A DNA stretch of 24,000 nucleotides from Rhodococcus sp. 4CII (GTDB lineage Bacteria > Actinomycetota > Actinomycetes > Mycobacteriales > Mycobacteriaceae). Of this stretch, positions 23,801 through 24,000 are shown piece by piece; the first letter of the stretch is position 1; every line of letters starts with the position of its first letter. The DNA lies in NCBI RefSeq assembly GCF_014256275.1, contig NZ_JACCFE010000002.1, positions 4,222,489 through 4,246,488 on the forward strand, in the 5' to 3' direction. Below the pieces are notes generated by a model. It made no database searches and was not told where the DNA came from. It saw only the letters and a list, made by a program, of their open reading frames with translations. The position numbers and the translations under genes are program-made.

Positions 23801-24000
23801 GTACCCGGTCTGAGCGTGTATCAGGACGAGTGCGAACACCGGACCCGGGAGGCGCTGACCGAGCAGGCGTATGCCGCGGCGCACGAAAGGGGTCGGGGGT
23901 TCGGCTTCGACGCAGCGGTCGCCTACGCACTGGGCGAGCAGGTGTCGTCCGCGCAGGCGTCGGCGTCGGCGGGTCCGTCGTCGAAGCCGACGAAACGGGA
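20894..24000 (+). CDS. PknK-type Ser/Thr protein kinase fused to a STAND (NB-ARC-like) P-loop NTPase and TPR-like repeats; 3' end beyond the window
   Basis: This ORF is not in the supplied track. I translated it by hand from ATG 20894, which follows an in-frame TAG at 20888, to nt 24000 without finding a stop (1035 codons). Kinase motifs are GRGGFGVVY, VAVK, HRDVKPGN, DFG and SPAFTAPE. The P-loop is LTGIGGVGKTRLA (GIGGVGKT = 21995-22018) and Walker B is LLLVLDNCE (about 22205). Helical-repeat segments alternate to the window end. GC3 is strong. Confidence 0.9.
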   Translation, partial: MTDVDPFATQRDVSGSVTAELAAAGFDDAQEIGRGGFGVVYRCTQTALDRTVAVKVLTADLDAENRARFLREQRAAGRLTGHPNIVNVLHADVTENGRPFIVMPYCAGSSLDERIRRHGPLPPDEALRFGVKTAGALETAHRLGILHRDVKPGNILITDYGEPALTDFGIAHIAGGFETDAGIVTGSPAFTAPEVVAGDPPSPAADVYGLGATLFAAITGHAAFERRSGEQLVAQFLRITSEPVPNPREHGIAEDISAVIERAMSAEPGDRPSAVELGRQLRECQLHHGFPVDEMAMNPEPVAVQGGLPVVGGRSTEESASRRPAWSPADSGRTGGLPLELTSFVDRRTELAEATNLLSTSRLVTLTGIGGVGKTRLALRAATKVQRNFSDGVTLVELGELRDDSLLPGMVAAALGVRDQSARSAHEVLVEFLAPRDLLLVLDNCEQVVAAAAKLAEILLRACPQLRILATSREALGIGGETALLIPPLPVPDPDHLPKGLPRNDAVTLFVERGAAAVPGFELTEDNKVTIARICQRLDGLPLPIELAAARLRAMTPDQILRRLTDRYLLLTRGSRDAPSRQQTLRMCIDWSYDLCTPAEQRMWAQLAVFAGSFELEAAEQVCGGGEAEDLLDTVTFLVDKSILTREESGTAVRFRMLETLRAYGCEKAQESGEYTELRRRHRDWCERLALDADADWISSRQLPLIAQLGREQPNLREALEFCVSESPDIGVRIAAALYPFWLSRGLFGEGRRWLGRFLDRLPSEPTSDRATALYAGTVLAGVQGDIPVSDTLADEAQALAARTTDPMVRAHVDHTVGYAALFGGRLPDARARLDQAAEAFAGRNDLYEVAAIVGLGMTHDLLNDTARAIECHERVLAITEAQGESVYRSYSLWALAVAVWRLGERERAARLLGQALQVDRRVNDRLNASVCLQALAWIAAEEDNAERAVVLMGAADALTRSVGSSAVLVPGLSVYQDECEHRTREALTEQAYAAAHERGRGFGFDAAVAYALGEQVSSAQASASAGPSSKPTKR

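Noticed and set aside
21872-23884. 670-aa minus-strand ORF, the longest ORF in the supplied track
   Set aside because: It is antisense to the kinase-STAND gene. The product is Arg/Pro/Gly-rich with no recognisable motif. The + strand carries unmistakable kinase, P-loop and Walker B motifs and coding-type GC3. This is a typical high-GC shadow ORF.
1-24000. Search for tRNA, rRNA, CRISPR arrays, integrase/att sites and toxin-antitoxin pairs
   Set aside because: No T-loop-like GGTTCGA motifs in non-coding gaps, no regularly spaced direct repeats, no integrase-like ORF and no small paired ORFs with TA-like features were seen.

Overview
High-GC (roughly two-thirds G+C by eye) actinobacterial DNA. 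MspA-family porin genes and a PknK-type kinase point to a Rhodococcus/Nocardia-like member of the Mycobacteriales. No rRNA, tRNA or CRISPR array was seen. The window has four blocks. (1) 1-13.1 kb is an amine-catabolism island. A minus-strand unit holds a Baeyer-Villiger monooxygenase and a frameshifted imine-reductase-like gene, which is convergent with an amine-dehydrogenase-like gene. Diverging from it is a plus-strand set: SCP2-like protein, glutamine-synthetase-like gamma-glutamyl ligase, Zn-alcohol dehydrogenase, PuuD-like gamma-glutamyl hydrolase (these four are translationally coupled), class-III aminotransferase, PhyH-type Fe/2OG dioxygenase, aldehyde dehydrogenase and a second imine-reductase-like gene. 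(2) 13.1-15.1 kb is an IS graveyard. It contains a TnpB relic, an apparently complete IS630-family element with TA duplication inserted into that relic, and a second IS630-like relic. (3) 15.0-19.4 kb holds two tandem secreted MspA-like porin paralogues. A perfect CRP-type palindrome lies upstream of the first. The pair is bracketed by a decayed, internally deleted copy and an intact copy of a module made of a small DUF3263-like gene and an HSL-family esterase; a third esterase relic is also present. (4) 19.7-24.0 kb holds a 7-TM orphan membrane protein, a short acyl-CoA-ligase relic and a >1035-codon ORF that runs off the window. That ORF is absent from the supplied ORF track. It encodes a PknK-type Ser/Thr kinase fused to a STAND P-loop NTPase and TPR-like repeats. 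The long antisense ORFs listed over it are GC-driven shadows. All functional calls rest on motif recognition by eye; no database search was run.
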